From: Minisyncoccia bacterium
GTDB lineage: Bacteria; Patescibacteriota; Minisyncoccia; Phycocordibacterales; UBA9973
Assembly (NCBI GenBank): GCA_041737125.1
Contig: JBGSSJ010000012.1
Coordinates: 2,637 to 66,636 of the forward strand
Direction of reading: 5' to 3'
DNA length: 64,000 bases
Both the position numbers and the translations under genes were made by a program. The notes under the pieces were generated by a model, which was not told where the DNA came from, searched no databases, and worked only from the letters and a program-made list of their open reading frames with translations. This document shows positions 62,563 to 64,000 of the stretch, one piece after another (position 1 is the first letter of the stretch; the number at the start of each line of letters is the position of its first letter).

Positions 62563-63990
62563 CTATTTATCAAAATCATCTCCCTTTTGATGTTCTATCT
62601 GATTGAGTTGTATAGTCTTAAACCTATCGAATATATCTTTCTCTTGCTCATATCTCATAATCATATCTGACGCATGGTAAGCACCCAAGTAATGCGACAT
62701 AACTACATAAGTAGACCCTATGTTGTAGAGTTTCTTCGCATCATTTACGAAGTGGCTAGTGGTAATGATTATGCCGTCTTTATTCTTGTCCCTATAGTAC
62801 TTCGTTAGGAGCATGTTCGTATTGAAGTCCGGAATTGTAGAAATTATTTTACTTGCTTTCGTTATGCCTATCTCATCTAGGAAGTCCACATCTTCTGCGT
62901 CACCGAATTTGAAATTAATATTCATTTTCTCTGCACCAGATATCGATTCCGGATTATGGTCTACGACCAAATATGTCGCCTTTAACCTCTGTGCTATTTT
63001 TACGAATTCATAACCTACTCTGCCATAGCCAAAGATGATGACATCGTATGAATTATTCTCATCGGTCTTGTTCTCGTAATTATTCTTCCTAATTTCCAGG
63101 AATGACAGGAGTGGCTTCACCTTGTTATAAATCTGATCCGCATAGAGGACAAGATATGTAGAGCCCGCAATAGTGATAATACCTACGAGCGTTATGAGCG
63201 ATACAGCTTGCCTATCTATGTGCCCGAGTGATAAGCCTAGTGCCATAAGTATCAGAGAGAATTCGCTTATCTGAGCGACAGTAAGCCCCGCCATAAAGCC
63301 CGTCCTCTTCCGGAACCCAAGTAAATTCATCAAGATGAAAACAATTATTGGATTACCGACGAGCACAAAGAGCGAGAGGATGATAGCTGGCATCATCGAC
63401 AAGCCGAGCTCCCCTAGCATAAGGTGCGAGCCCAAGAGAATGAAGAATAATACAATGAAAAAGTCGCGTAATGACTTCATCCTAGAACTAATCTCGAATG
63501 AATAATTTGAAGCTGATAATGTGACGCCTGCGATAAGCGCACCGATTTCTATAGAAAATCCGATCTTATAGAACAATCCTGCGAGAACCAATCCCCAAGT
63601 CACAGAAAAGAGAAATAATAATTCCTGAGATTTCGCTATATTATTAAAAAGTTTCGGTAGTATATACTTGGAAACGAAATACAAAACGATACTTACACCG
63701 ATACCTTTTAATAATAGAATGAGAAATGTACCTCCGATGTTGCCCCCAGTTATAGCGTAAGTCCCTAAGAATGGAACTATCACAAGGAGTAATGTCGCCA
63801 CCAAGTCCTGCACGAGTAGGAAGCCAATGGAAATTTTGCCGTATAGTTTCTCCAAGTCTCCCCTATCTGATAATAATTTGAGTATGATAATAGTACTACT
63901 AAAAGTAAGAGCAATCGATCCGTAAAGTGAAGTAATCTTATCGAATCCTAGTAACTTCATAATTATGAAGCCTATAACTGAAGTGAACAC
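62563..63990 (-). CDS. CPA2-family monovalent cation:proton antiporter (KefB/KefC-like) with C-terminal TrkA-N (RCK) domain; N-terminus beyond window end
   Basis: At least 475 aa; polytopic membrane domain followed by a Rossmann motif (IIFGYGRVGYEFVKIAQRL) typical of TrkA-N; the reading frame runs to the window edge. Confidence 0.65.
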   Translation of the reverse strand: MFTSVIGFIIMKLLGFDKITSLYGSIALTFSSTIIILKLLSDRGDLEKLYGKISIGFLLVQDLVATLLLVIVPFLGTYAITGGNIGGTFLILLLKGIGVSIVLYFVSKYILPKLFNNIAKSQELLFLFSVTWGLVLAGLFYKIGFSIEIGALIAGVTLSASNYSFEISSRMKSLRDFFIVLFFILLGSHLMLGELGLSMMPAIILSLFVLVGNPIIVFILMNLLGFRKRTGFMAGLTVAQISEFSLILMALGLSLGHIDRQAVSLITLVGIITIAGSTYLVLYADQIYNKVKPLLSFLEIRKNNYENKTDENNSYDVIIFGYGRVGYEFVKIAQRLKATYLVVDHNPESISGAEKMNINFKFGDAEDVDFLDEIGITKASKIISTIPDFNTNMLLTKYYRDKNKDGIIITTSHFVNDAKKLYNIGSTYVVMSHYLGAYHASDMIMRYEQEKDIFDRFKTIQLNQIEHQKGDDFDK

Positions 63991-64000
63991 TATCTGACCC

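Overview
Low-GC (~35-38%), gene-dense bacterial window with mostly compact proteins. A scrambled cell-division/peptidoglycan gene set is interleaved with unrelated genes. Present are mraZ-rsmH-ftsL-ftsI, a second class-B PBP, murC, murD and murE separated by hydrolase and ABC genes, and murJ. From this layout, a short ValRS (729 aa) and a short MurE (394 aa), I infer a reduced-genome lineage such as Candidate Phyla Radiation/Patescibacteria. Housekeeping genes include lysS, greA, tsaD, valS, lepA, leuS, tsaC, ychF and three minus-strand tRNAs (Phe-GAA, Arg-CCT, Gly-CCC). The dominant feature is a single 15,051-nt ORF (46804..61854, minus) encoding a 5,016-aa secreted protein. It has a signal peptide, an acidic linker, roughly 3,200 aa of GLUG-like glycine-rich repeats, 11 tandem FN3-like repeats and a C-terminal duplicated dockerin. 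Immediately downstream on the same strand are two paralogous secreted, C-terminally membrane-anchored proteins with cohesin-like N-terminal domains. Together they look like a cohesin-dockerin cell-surface anchoring system for a giant fibre; this is my main candidate for the undescribed system. Other notable points follow. LeuRS carries an inserted Nudix-hydrolase domain. Two plus-strand genes (phoH-like, and a 287-aa Bacteroidetes-type primary sigma factor) have clearly higher GC and a different codon style, indicating horizontal transfer or a chimeric assembly. The phoH block abuts the 3' end of tRNA-Phe. Degenerate tRNA 5'-end duplicates lie upstream of tRNA-Phe and tRNA-Gly. A phased MraZ-box operator lies upstream of mraZ. 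A tesA-ybbA-ybbP-like GDSL esterase/ABC module is present. No rRNA, CRISPR array, transposase or integrase was recognised.
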